Source: Bugula neritina
Taxonomy: Eukaryota > Animalia > Bryozoa
Direction of reading: 5' to 3'
Length of the DNA stretch: 64,000 bases
Assembly (NCBI GenBank): GCA_964035545.1
Contig: OZ037765.1
Span: forward strand, 20,646,995-20,710,994
The position numbers were made by a program, and so were the translations under genes. Positions within the stretch are counted from its first letter, which is position 1. Each line of letters opens with the position of its first letter. The notes below the pieces were generated by a model. That model was not told where the DNA came from. It searched no databases and was given only the letters and a program-made list of their open reading frames with translations. Below are positions 29,076 to 38,071 of the stretch, in pieces.

Positions 29076-30883
29076 CGATAACGACCTGAAACACACACAC
29101 AGTTAACTTACAGAGCTAACGAGTGTTGAAATTGAACATTATTAACATATCAATTAACATATGTTCTATGAAAGTAACATAAAAAAGAAATAGACTTAGT
29201 AGTAAAGGTCCGGTCACACGGAAAGGAAACGCCAAATGTCAGTTCTTTTCAGAAACCTCAGAACTCAAACGTTGATGGTAACCACTACATCTAGGATTCA
29301 AAAACTTTAGACAGAAAGATATTTTGTGATCGAATATGTCATATTATTGGGCATTTATGTTCAATAAAGCAATATAATGATAAGGTTTAAAGGACTTTTT
29401 CCGCTATTCTGATGTCGATCTTTCATTTATTTTGCACATGACTCCCATATCATCAGAAGATAAAAATATTTCTGTAATTCAGCTTGTAACATAGCTTCTA
29501 AGATTTAGCTTGCACTAATTACAAAAAACAAATGAATTAAAAACCAAACAAACAGTGAGTCAGACTATAACTGAAACTGTAAATAGTCAATAGAAGATCA
29601 TGGAGTAATTGTCTTTTGGCACACCTAGCAAATGTATAAGTATTGAAGCTCTCTTACCAATTTTATATATTTAGACTGAAATACCGTTAATTAGCATTAC
29701 TTAACTTTAAAATGTTCTATCATCATCATGATGATGCACACAACTCTTCAAGTATAAATCTTACAAAATCAGTGAATTCTGAAATCAGAAATGACCTATA
29801 ACTATAAGACAATAACTACAAGTATAAAACCAAATATCACTCTGTAAAATGAATACTAATACTGCCCCTAGTCATTAGACTTACTAATACTATTACTATT
29901 ACTAATAGTATTACTACCGGCTGCTAAAATAAACATGAGTAAAACTGAAAGAAAATCGTGAGCGCAATTTTCTTATTGCTTGTAACACTAGGAGTAGGTA
30001 TGGTACTACTTCAGTACTTGTATTTCAATTTGTGAATATCAGAATGAGTATGACTGTCACTATCACCACGACTATGGCTTATAGTTACACGTTAGAACTT
30101 ATAACTATAAGTTATAACATACAAAACTTTAAGTAAACCTAAAAGACTAATGAGTCTTTTTGACTTATCATGATCGATATTATTATGATTATGATTCTCA
30201 ACTTCAAGTTCATCATCATTATGATGACAGATTACTGATAAGTTTATTACCAAATTCAAATCGGTTGAACTCGGCAATTGCTTCTAAAAGTAAACGGCTG
30301 AAGACCAAACCAGAACTGAGAACTGGAAGCTTGATAAAAATTTAATTTTAAACATAATCATAATGATAATGATAAAGATAAAATAAAAATGTGTCCATAA
30401 TCATAATGACGTTTTAAGAAAATACAACGAAAAAAATCAAACTATAAAACTAAAAAGAACTTGAAATAATTGTTATTGTAGTATATGTAATTGTGATGAT
30501 GTTCATGATAATAACCATAATGACAATAATCATAATGATAACGATGGCGAAGCTGAATATTAATCGTACTGTCACCAGCAACAACTACAAGTTCTGTGAT
30601 GGTAATGATAAAGGACAAGCAATTGAATCGCCGAATGCTTCCTTGTTAATAGTTTCCGCAGGTAGTTTTAAACACATCAGTAATGTACAGGTGCGATTCT
30701 GCTAGGCCCACGGCGGCACTAACAACAAACATTAAAGCTAGCACGTGGATAGCGGCCCCGAACAGCTACGAATTTCCAGTCTCAGGGTTTTCATTTTCAT
30801 GTTACTATATAAAATAACAAAAAAGATAGCTTTTTTACATTGACTCACGTTGTTTTGGAGTTAATTTCATAAGAAATTGAATA

Positions 30884-33800
30884 ATGCTAAAAATTATAAT
30901 ATCTATTATTTTGTCCGTTTCCATTGGTATATTTTGGTACAGCTATAACTATGGACTTGGAAAAGCATGGGCATCAAATGCGTGGCCTAGCAAGTCCTAT
31001 GACGACCTACTGAAATTTCAATCCGAGAGCTCTTCGTTTATTTATGGCGTAACTCTACTATCAGAGAGTTTTGTCATGATTATATTTAACATAATTTTAA
31101 GGTAAGTGCACAACTTAGAAATAACTTTTTATTTTTAATACTAATAGTAATACTAATAGGCAAACAACTTGAACTTAGCTATAGCTTTCCCCTTAACTTG
31201 AACTTTAAAACTAAGAGTTGCACTTGCTGTTAGAATAAGATTAAGCTCAAAATCAAAGGCTAAAACTGAAAGAGTAAAGTAGGTACTGGTGAAGAGTTGT
31301 GGTCTCTCAAAGGGAATAGATTGAATCTTTGTATAAAGAGCACACTCATTAAAAATTTAAAGTTTGGCTGCGACTTAGAATTCTAATTATGCTATAGAAT
31401 TGTTATTTTAGGAGATAAATATTTTGGTATAAGCACACATATTAGCAGCTCAAAAAATTGTTAAAATATTTCTTCATGGATAATTTTAGCAGAAATAACC
31501 ATGAAAGCATTTATGTGGTTTTGGTTACTGAGTAATGCTGAAGTAGCACTTCAGTATTGCTCAGTAATCAAAACCACAAAAATGAGTTCAAGCTTATTTT
31601 GCTCAACAAGTTTCATTTTGGGAGACCACAACTCTTAATTGTAAGGGGAGAGGGACATTGTGAACTTCTGAAAAGGGTCTATTAGTGTAATTTCAACAAG
31701 TCTGACTTCATTAAAACTTGCAATACACTTTCTGTTTACTTTTCATCACATTCTCAGCCTTAATGTTATCTCGTCCAATTATAACTTTTGACGTTGCTGA
31801 GTTGGTTTCTAGATATTGTAATGGGATTACGTAGCATAATAATGCATTTGTCTCCTCCTGTTTGGGAATACTTATGACTATATTTTACTATCCAATCAGA
31901 AGGACCGGAAGGCAAGGTTCCGGTCAAGTGACTGTTCGCGGGTTAGCTAGCAGAAACCATGTGTGTTGAGAGCAGGGGCTCGTAGTAGTAAGACGTGTTA
32001 TAATTGATTGATGTATTGTGGTTTTGACATACTGTTATAATTATGTTTATCGAATTAAATAAAGGTTATCGTACGCAAGCTCTGTTAGTAGTTGCTAGTT
32101 AAATTGAAACTAAATACGCAGGCAATCCACGCTTGATAATTGTGCTAAAACTCACAACAGTGGTGGCAGCGGTGGGATTTCGCGTATTTCAAGATGACAG
32201 AAAGAGGCACAGAGCTACCCCTTCAGAGGAATGAAGGTGAGGAAGATAACAATGCTATACCTATAGAACCAGAGGTGCGAGTACATAGGGAATGTTACGA
32301 AGAGAAGTACCGGCTGAGGGTACCCACCTTCTCAGGTGAAGAGCCGGCGGAGCAATTCGTTCAGGAATTCCAAGATGTAATGGAAGTTGCACAATGGCCA
32401 CCTAGAATAGCATTGCTCAAGCTCAGGATGGCGCTGTCAGACAAAGCCAAGCCATACGGAGTGGGACCAGACATTGACGGCATCTTTGCTTCCCTGCGGG
32501 CCCGTTTTGGTATCTCCGCTGTGGATGCGCGGGCCCGTCTTCAAAGACTATGGCGTGATCCTCACACGCCGCTACAAGAGCACGCTACCACGGTTATGAG
32601 ACTGGTGCAGATTGCGTTCCGCGATCTGCCGCAAGTAAACCGTGAGAGGTATACCTATGATGCCTTCGTGCAGTCCATCAACGACTTGGGACTCCATCAC
32701 CAACTCTTGGCGAGGGGAGTCACCACGGTTGAAGGTACGCTGGCAGAAGGGGAGGCTTACCTCCTGGCCAGCCAGCTGCACCGGAGCCGTGTGACTTCTC
32801 GTCAGGTGGACATGGAGCCCTCCGCTGCTCCTACCGCTTCTCACGCGGAAACTCCAGCGGTAGCCAAGGTGACGCAGATGACGGTGGCATCACAGGTCGC
32901 ACAAATGACCGACACGCTAGCCGAACTGGTCTCCGCCTTGGAAAGCCAGCTAGGCATCACCAGTGAGCTTGACAGGCCACCGGTGCAGTCGCCTAGTAGA
33001 GGACACCCCTCCTGCTGGGGGTGCGGAAGACCAGGACACTTCCAGAAACACTGTCCCCGACTTCAACCAGGGTTAAACTACGACGGCCCGCGGATGCTCC
33101 CACATCCGGCGGGCCGCCGTTAAAACCCCAAGGGAGGACACAGTGGCGTCCGCCACGCCGGACACCCGTCCGGGACCTCGCGGAACGGCCACCAGGACGG
33201 CAAGCAGGCTGTACAAGCCGCTCGCCGCCGGTGTTCTCAATGCCACCCCGCAACAGGTTTGACAAACGACGGACCGCAGAGTCTGCGAGGAAAGGTGCCC
33301 AAACGCCACAAGGCGCGGCGCCACTCCCTCGGCAGCTGGTCCCGAGTCGTCGTCAAGAACCTAACCCCTCCGCCAAGGCGAGGGAGATGAGGTCACCCAA
33401 GATACCACTACATCCCCACGAGAGCAGCCTGTTTCTACCAGGCCAGATAGCCGGCAAACCTGCCAGATATCTGTTGGACACGGGCTGTACCACCAACCTC
33501 CTGGGTCGTCGATTCTTCGACACACTCAGTGCTCAGATCCGAAGCAGGTTGGAACCGTACGAAGGTGATCATGGCACCCTGGCAGACGGGTCGTGCATCC
33601 CCTTCTACGGTATCATTGAACTCCCTTGGAGCGTCTGTGACCAGACCATCCAGGAAAGGTTCATAGTTGGACAACTCCAGGAGGACGCCATCCTGGGGAT
33701 GCCATTCTTACAACGACACGGATGTCGCATCGATTTTGGTAAATCTGCGATGATTATGGGCGGCAGGGAGCTCGCCTGTGTCGATAAGTTTGGCCATCCC

Positions 33801-36800
33801 CTAACGGGAGAAGAGCCGGTAGTACGTACTTGTACTATGCCTGGCCACTCCCGGGGCATCGTCCACCGCAAGGTAGACGGTGGCCGTACCTCCAAGCCGG
33901 GAGCTGTAGAGAGCGCGCACCCGAAAGTCCCACCTGTCCGCAGCTCTAACCAGCTGACACGGAAAGGAAAGACCTCGGTGCCATGCCTCCACTCCCCCTC
34001 AGAACCAGTGAGCCTACCACCCACCTCTCCACCAAACTGTACTCCTTCTGTTCAAGAAGATAACAGCAGGCCATCGCGGGAAACCGCGATGAAAAGTCCT
34101 CTAGAGAAGCCGCCCTCCGGGCAAAGGACTGCCTCACCCCACAGCCAGGAGACCCGTGGGAGAACATCAGACGGTTGCGTGGATGACGAACAGCGCCCAG
34201 AGACGGCCACGTCACTACACAAAACCGAGGCTACACCTCACCTTGGGGACCCTGACATGCCCCCAGAAGTGGCACAGGACCCCCACGCCGCACCTGTCTC
34301 AACCGATGGCGTCAAGGAGCTAGGACACCTCCAGGAAATTATTCCGGGGGTGGTAGCCGACGTCTATCGAATGAAACGGGAAGGGCGACGACCCAGTGAC
34401 AGACAACGGAAGCAGGGCTGCGCTGAGTGGCAGCTGTACTGCCGACGTTGGAACGCACTGCGGATCGGGCCGGATGGTCTACTGACTATATCTTTGGCCA
34501 ATAACCACCACCAGCCAGACCAGGAGAGGACCCTCTGTCCTGCCGCCATCCGCCAAGAGTTGATAGAAGAGGTACACCAACAAGCTCACGGGGGAGCCCA
34601 ACAGGTGTTCACCGAACTACAACTCTGGTGGTATTGGCCTCACATGGAGCGTGATGTACGACGCAGGGTTGGGCAGTGCGGAGTCTGCCGGGTCAGTAAG
34701 CACGGCCCCGCTACTGACGAGGTAGGGCGGCGAAGGCAAAGTGCAGAAAGACCCGGGCAGACGGAGACTGCTAACCTGGTCGACAAACCGCCTAGAATGC
34801 AACCCAAAGCAGTGGCGAGGCAGGAAAAGCCACACCCGTTCAGAGAAGTGCGCTCACCGCCGTTAGCGTGCAAGCCGCCACCGCCACTTCCTAGGTCAGG
34901 AACCGACCTGGAAGTGCAAAAACCCCCCAAGGGAGGGGCTCCATGCGGAGGTACTGGGAAAGCTCCATTTGTCACAAATTGGCTGGAAGCACCACCTGTG
35001 AGACGTGACCGTCCACGGGTGCGTAAACCACCATGGCTGGAGACAACACTTCCCCAGGCTCCGAACGGAGATGCTAGGAAAGCTCCATTTGTCACAAACT
35101 GGCTGGAAGCACCACCCAAGAGACGTGACCGTCCACGGGTGCGTAAACCGCCTTGGTTAGTGACGACACCTCGGAAACGGTGTCCTAAGCCAGGCCCCGC
35201 GTATCGCAAGAACTTACCACGTTCCGTTAAGGGCGCGGTCAAACGTCCTACGAGACGCCGTAAGGGGAAGAGAGCAGAGCGTGGGAGTTGTGAGCACCAC
35301 GAAAATATCAACTTTTGCCTCGGCGGAAATTCAAATAAGATTCATACGCCGGAGGTAATAAGTCGTAGTCACGTTTCACAACCACGCTGCTCGCTCTTTC
35401 ATCACATTAATACAGCTTTGAGTAGACGTATGTAGAATTCATAAACATACCACTCTCATTCACAATGGCTTGCCAAGAATCGAGGGGTGAGTTAGTTATG
35501 TTTTTGGTACGAGGGCTAAACTGTATTAATCAGCTTAACTATGATAGAGTAAGCTGGAGACTCGGTAATGATTTTTTAGTGGTGAGAATTCACATTGACT
35601 CTAAGACTTAACAGTCTGTTACAGCAGTGTGTGTTTTCGATCAACTATTCATTAACTGAGTCTCACGAGTGTCTAATTGAGTTAAGTACCCACCAGGCTG
35701 TATACGCCGGTTGTACTCAGTGTACCCTCTTACACTGTTATACTCTTGCAGATCACACTCGATCGACCAACTCTGGGTCACAGGATCTACACTCTCTCTC
35801 CTCCTTGGATAACGGACCGGAAATGGACAACGGACTGCCCGCGGTGCTGCGTTGAAGACACAGATGGGTGTCGCGACGAACGGAGCGGCAGATTGAAGAA
35901 GCCTGGGGACCGAGTAGGTCACAACACACCTGCCACGTGTGTTACGAAGAGCTTCCCTCACACCAAGGACTACGGCTGCATGTGAATGCACACTTCCTGC
36001 TACGGTTCTGTCCGTGTGGATTTCACGACGTGTACCCATACCCTGTCCTGGCTCACATGATGGACTGTTTCGCGGGCGAGGGCTATGTAGTAGACGCGGA
36101 CAACTACGACCAATACCTAGAAGCGGTCAAACCAATGGTTAAGAAGGCTTTAACCTGGGCCGCATCATCCTCCGGATTTTATACATTGCTAACAGCCGCC
36201 CGTCAGAAGTCCCCTATGGTGAAAACGGTCGCTGCAATCATACCGCGGCTAGACAATACCCCTATGGAAGCATCAGACTCTCCAGAAGAAGCGACGCCAA
36301 CCCCAACCAGGCCTATCTGACTAGCAACCGTCGAAGAAAGACTCTTACGGTTACAGGATGAATTCACCCAGTTGGCTCCCGACTTACTCAGTACCACAAT
36401 GGGCCTTAGTGAATTGAAGGGCTTAGTAGGACGCCTAAAGCGTAGGCTATGTGCACGGCAGGCACGACACCGGATCGAATCCCTACACAAGTAGGAGCTG
36501 ACAGTTGACAATTCCACCCCGTATGTTCCCGGGGTACTACATTGTGATCATGTAAATGCTCGACTGCTAATGACCTACGATCCAGGACTCTCTCTTCATA
36601 GCTGGCCAGTTGTACGCTGGCCATCCGTTATCTTACTATGTGTTTATATATGTCATACATTTGATATTTCTTTTCTTTCTCTTTGTGGGTTTTCTTTACT
36701 TATGTTATTTTTGCATTATTATACTATTTCTGTTTTTATCAGAAAGTATGGCTTTCTGCTGGTGGGGGTGGTGTAATGGGATTACGTAGCATAATAATGC

Positions 36801-38071
36801 ATTTGTCTCCTCCTGTTTGGGAATACTTATGACTATATTTTACTATCCAATCAGAAGGACCGGAAGGCAAGGTTCCGGTCAAGTGACTGTTCGCGGGTTA
36901 GCTAGCAGAAACCATGTGTGTTGAGAGCAGAGGCTCGTAGTAGTAAGACGTGTTATAATTGATTGATGTATTGTGGTTTTGACATACTGTTATAATTATG
37001 TTTATCGAATTAAATAAAGGTTATCGTACGCAAGCTCTGTTAGTAGTTGCTAGTTAAATTGAAACTAAATACGCAGGCAATCCACGCTTGATAATTGTGC
37101 TAAAACTCACAACAATATCTATAATTCCTTTGAGCAATGTCCACATCACTTTCACATGTTTTGGTACCGGAAATATTGTAGTAAACTGTGGGTTTTGAAT
37201 GCAACTAGTGCCTACATGCTCTAGAGAGAATAAGCCAAGTATTTGAATACGAATGAAAGATAACTTTATTTGCATCAGATACAGCTTATGTGGTCCTACT
37301 ACCAGCGAGCTCCAGTAGTAGTCTCACTTTACACCGTAACTCGCCTGCTTTTATATACAGCGAACAAAAGAACATAGAACAAAGAATCTTTTGTGTGTGT
37401 AGTCCGAAGTTCGGTAGCTCCGAAATTCAGCGGGGCCGAAGATCGGGAGGCCCGATCTTCGGACAAGCCGAAACTCGGAACTCCAAACATCGGACCTCAA
37501 TTAACATTATTTAGCAAACAACAAAACCAAGGCAAAATCTATCACAGTATTTCATGGAAATTACATTATACTGAAAGCTTTAACAACAATCACAATAATA
37601 GGGCATTAGAAAGCTAGCCCAACTTAGCTACAATTACAGCATTCAAAATATACGCAACAGTAATTATAATACTGACACACGCAGTTACAGTAGATGATGA
37701 GAATCTATCACAATATGTTAGTAGAGTTTTACTTTTTATGATGATAGACTTCTACAGCTTTCAAATATCAGAAAGAAATAAAACCCTTTAGACAATAGGT
37801 CTTGAGTAATTATAAAACTATACAACTGCACTTTCATTGTTATAGACGTATTTTCACTAAATACTGGCAATGGTGTATTTACAGTTTGCTGCGCCCAAGA
37901 TCTGGTAAAGAGTTCATCTACATTGCATTTCTACTCTCAGCTCTCCTCTACTCAGCACGGATGATACACGCTCCCTTTGAGTCTGTGCCTTTAGCTGTAC
38001 ACCTCATCAATGGTGGATATGACTGTGCTATTCTCTCTGCATCTGCAATAGTTCACTACATTCTGAGATAA
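30884..38071 (+). CDS. DUF1761-like small multi-pass membrane protein (147 aa); exons 30884-31101, 37846-38071
   Basis: Donor AG|GTAAGT (phase 2) joins TTATAG|A in frame, giving 444 nt. N-terminal IGIFWYS..GLGKAW and C-terminal P.AVHLINGGYD resemble the DUF1761 motifs G.lWY...FG..W and P..l.lI..GY. About four hydrophobic segments. Confidence 0.7.
31294..31634. mobile_element. Short non-autonomous TIR element (Kolobok-like termini) with an internal hairpin
   Basis: GAGTTGTGGTCTCTCAAA ... TTTGGGAGACCACAACTC inverted termini. Flanks are TGAA and TTAA, a degenerate TTAA TSD. Confidence 0.6.
31817..32159 (+). repeat. 5' LTR
   Basis: TGTAATGGG...CTCACAACA, with CCAAT, paired CCGGAA sites and AATAAA. 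Confidence 0.97.
32161..32179 (+). promoter_or_regulatory. Primer-binding site complementary to the 3' end of tRNA-Leu
   Basis: TGGTGGCAGCGGTGGGATT lies 1 nt after the LTR. It is the reverse complement of AATCCCACCGCTGCCA-CCA, a metazoan tRNA-Leu 3' end. Confidence 0.88.
32194..33123 (+). CDS. gag: Gag (capsid + CCHC zinc knuckle), 309 aa
   Basis: LRVPTFSGE...F...F..V.....W capsid start, and the CWGCGRPGHFQKHC knuckle. Intact ORF. Confidence 0.93.
   Translation: MTERGTELPLQRNEGEEDNNAIPIEPEVRVHRECYEEKYRLRVPTFSGEEPAEQFVQEFQDVMEVAQWPPRIALLKLRMALSDKAKPYGVGPDIDGIFASLRARFGISAVDARARLQRLWRDPHTPLQEHATTVMRLVQIAFRDLPQVNRERYTYDAFVQSINDLGLHHQLLARGVTTVEGTLAEGEAYLLASQLHRSRVTSRQVDMEPSAAPTASHAETPAVAKVTQMTVASQVAQMTDTLAELVSALESQLGITSELDRPPVQSPSRGHPSCWGCGRPGHFQKHCPRLQPGLNYDGPRMLPHPAGRR
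33021..35435 (+). CDS. Internally deleted Pol: aspartic protease + integrase H2C2 zinc domain; no RT, RNase H or DDE core
   Basis: Protease motifs YLLDTGCTTNLL...DAILGMPFL and the integrase zinc-binding HQQAHGG...YWPHMERDV...CGVC. No (Y/F)xDD RT motif is seen. The frame is open for 804 codons. Confidence 0.9.
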   Translation: MRKTRTLPETLSPTSTRVKLRRPADAPTSGGPPLKPQGRTQWRPPRRTPVRDLAERPPGRQAGCTSRSPPVFSMPPRNRFDKRRTAESARKGAQTPQGAAPLPRQLVPSRRQEPNPSAKAREMRSPKIPLHPHESSLFLPGQIAGKPARYLLDTGCTTNLLGRRFFDTLSAQIRSRLEPYEGDHGTLADGSCIPFYGIIELPWSVCDQTIQERFIVGQLQEDAILGMPFLQRHGCRIDFGKSAMIMGGRELACVDKFGHPLTGEEPVVRTCTMPGHSRGIVHRKVDGGRTSKPGAVESAHPKVPPVRSSNQLTRKGKTSVPCLHSPSEPVSLPPTSPPNCTPSVQEDNSRPSRETAMKSPLEKPPSGQRTASPHSQETRGRTSDGCVDDEQRPETATSLHKTEATPHLGDPDMPPEVAQDPHAAPVSTDGVKELGHLQEIIPGVVADVYRMKREGRRPSDRQRKQGCAEWQLYCRRWNALRIGPDGLLTISLANNHHQPDQERTLCPAAIRQELIEEVHQQAHGGAQQVFTELQLWWYWPHMERDVRRRVGQCGVCRVSKHGPATDEVGRRRQSAERPGQTETANLVDKPPRMQPKAVARQEKPHPFREVRSPPLACKPPPPLPRSGTDLEVQKPPKGGAPCGGTGKAPFVTNWLEAPPVRRDRPRVRKPPWLETTLPQAPNGDARKAPFVTNWLEAPPKRRDRPRVRKPPWLVTTPRKRCPKPGPAYRKNLPRSVKGAVKRPTRRRKGKRAERGSCEHHENINFCLGGNSNKIHTPEVISRSHVSQPRCSLFHHINTALSRRM
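33072..33116 (+). promoter_or_regulatory. -1 programmed ribosomal frameshift signal
   Basis: Slippery heptamer G_TTA_AAC (33072-33078) is in the gag frame. A 5-nt spacer is followed by the hairpin CGGCCCGC-GGATG(ctccca)CATCC-g-GCGGGCCG. ORF2 is in the -1 frame. Confidence 0.8.
34937..35172 (+). repeat. 120-bp in-frame tandem duplication in ORF2
   Basis: KAPFVTNWLEAPP.RRDRPRVRKPPWL.TT occurs twice, with an exact 120-nt period. Confidence 0.92.
35823..36494 (+). pseudogene. Element ORF3: C2H2 zinc finger + C-terminal coiled coil, with two in-frame TGA codons
   Basis: One frame reads MDNGLPAVLR*RHRW...CHVCYEELPSHQGLRLHVNAHFLLRFCPCGFH...TRPI*LATVEERLLRLQDEFTQL...LKGLVGRLKRRL...LHK*. The TGAs are at 35853 and 36318. 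Confidence 0.7.
36760..36771 (+). promoter_or_regulatory. Polypurine-tract equivalent
   Basis: TGGTGGGGGTGG immediately precedes the 3' LTR. Confidence 0.7.
36772..37114 (+). repeat. 3' LTR
   Basis: Identical to the 5' LTR except GCAGAGGCT versus GCAGGGGCT. Confidence 0.97.
37291..37506 (-). mobile_element. Probable solo LTR (216 bp, BEL/Pao-like) with an internal palindrome array
   Basis: Minus strand TGTTAA...GGACCA, flanks TTATG/TTATT (5-bp TSD with 1 mismatch), TATATAAA on the minus strand, and GC-rich relative to the intron. Confidence 0.5.

Larger units (their letters stand above)
31817..37114 (+). mobile_element. Full-length non-autonomous Ty3/Gypsy-type LTR retrotransposon (5298 bp)
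   Basis: 343-bp TG...CA LTRs at 31817-32159 and 36772-37114 with one mismatch. ATAT TSD at 31813-31816 and 37115-37118. PBS, G-rich PPT, gag and a truncated pol are present. Confidence 0.97.

Noticed and set aside
30092-30705. Short ORFs rich in His/Asp/Ile/Met
   Set aside because: Produced by ATC/ATG/ATA simple repeats, not credible proteins.
32161-32179. tRNA gene
   Set aside because: Only the 19-nt complement of a tRNA 3' end including CCA. This is a PBS, with no cloverleaf.
35823-36494. ORF3 as an envelope protein or a selenoprotein
   Set aside because: No signal peptide, furin site or TM segment. The TGAs do not fall at Cys-like positions and no SECIS was recognised.
32572-36624. Antisense ORFs within the LTR element (e.g. 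34640-35311, 33605-34024, 35641-36039)
   Set aside because: Expected shadows of GC-rich sense ORFs, with no recognisable domains.
37404-37493. CRISPR-like array
   Set aside because: Units are 11 bp with 4-5 bp spacers in eukaryotic intron DNA with no cas genes.
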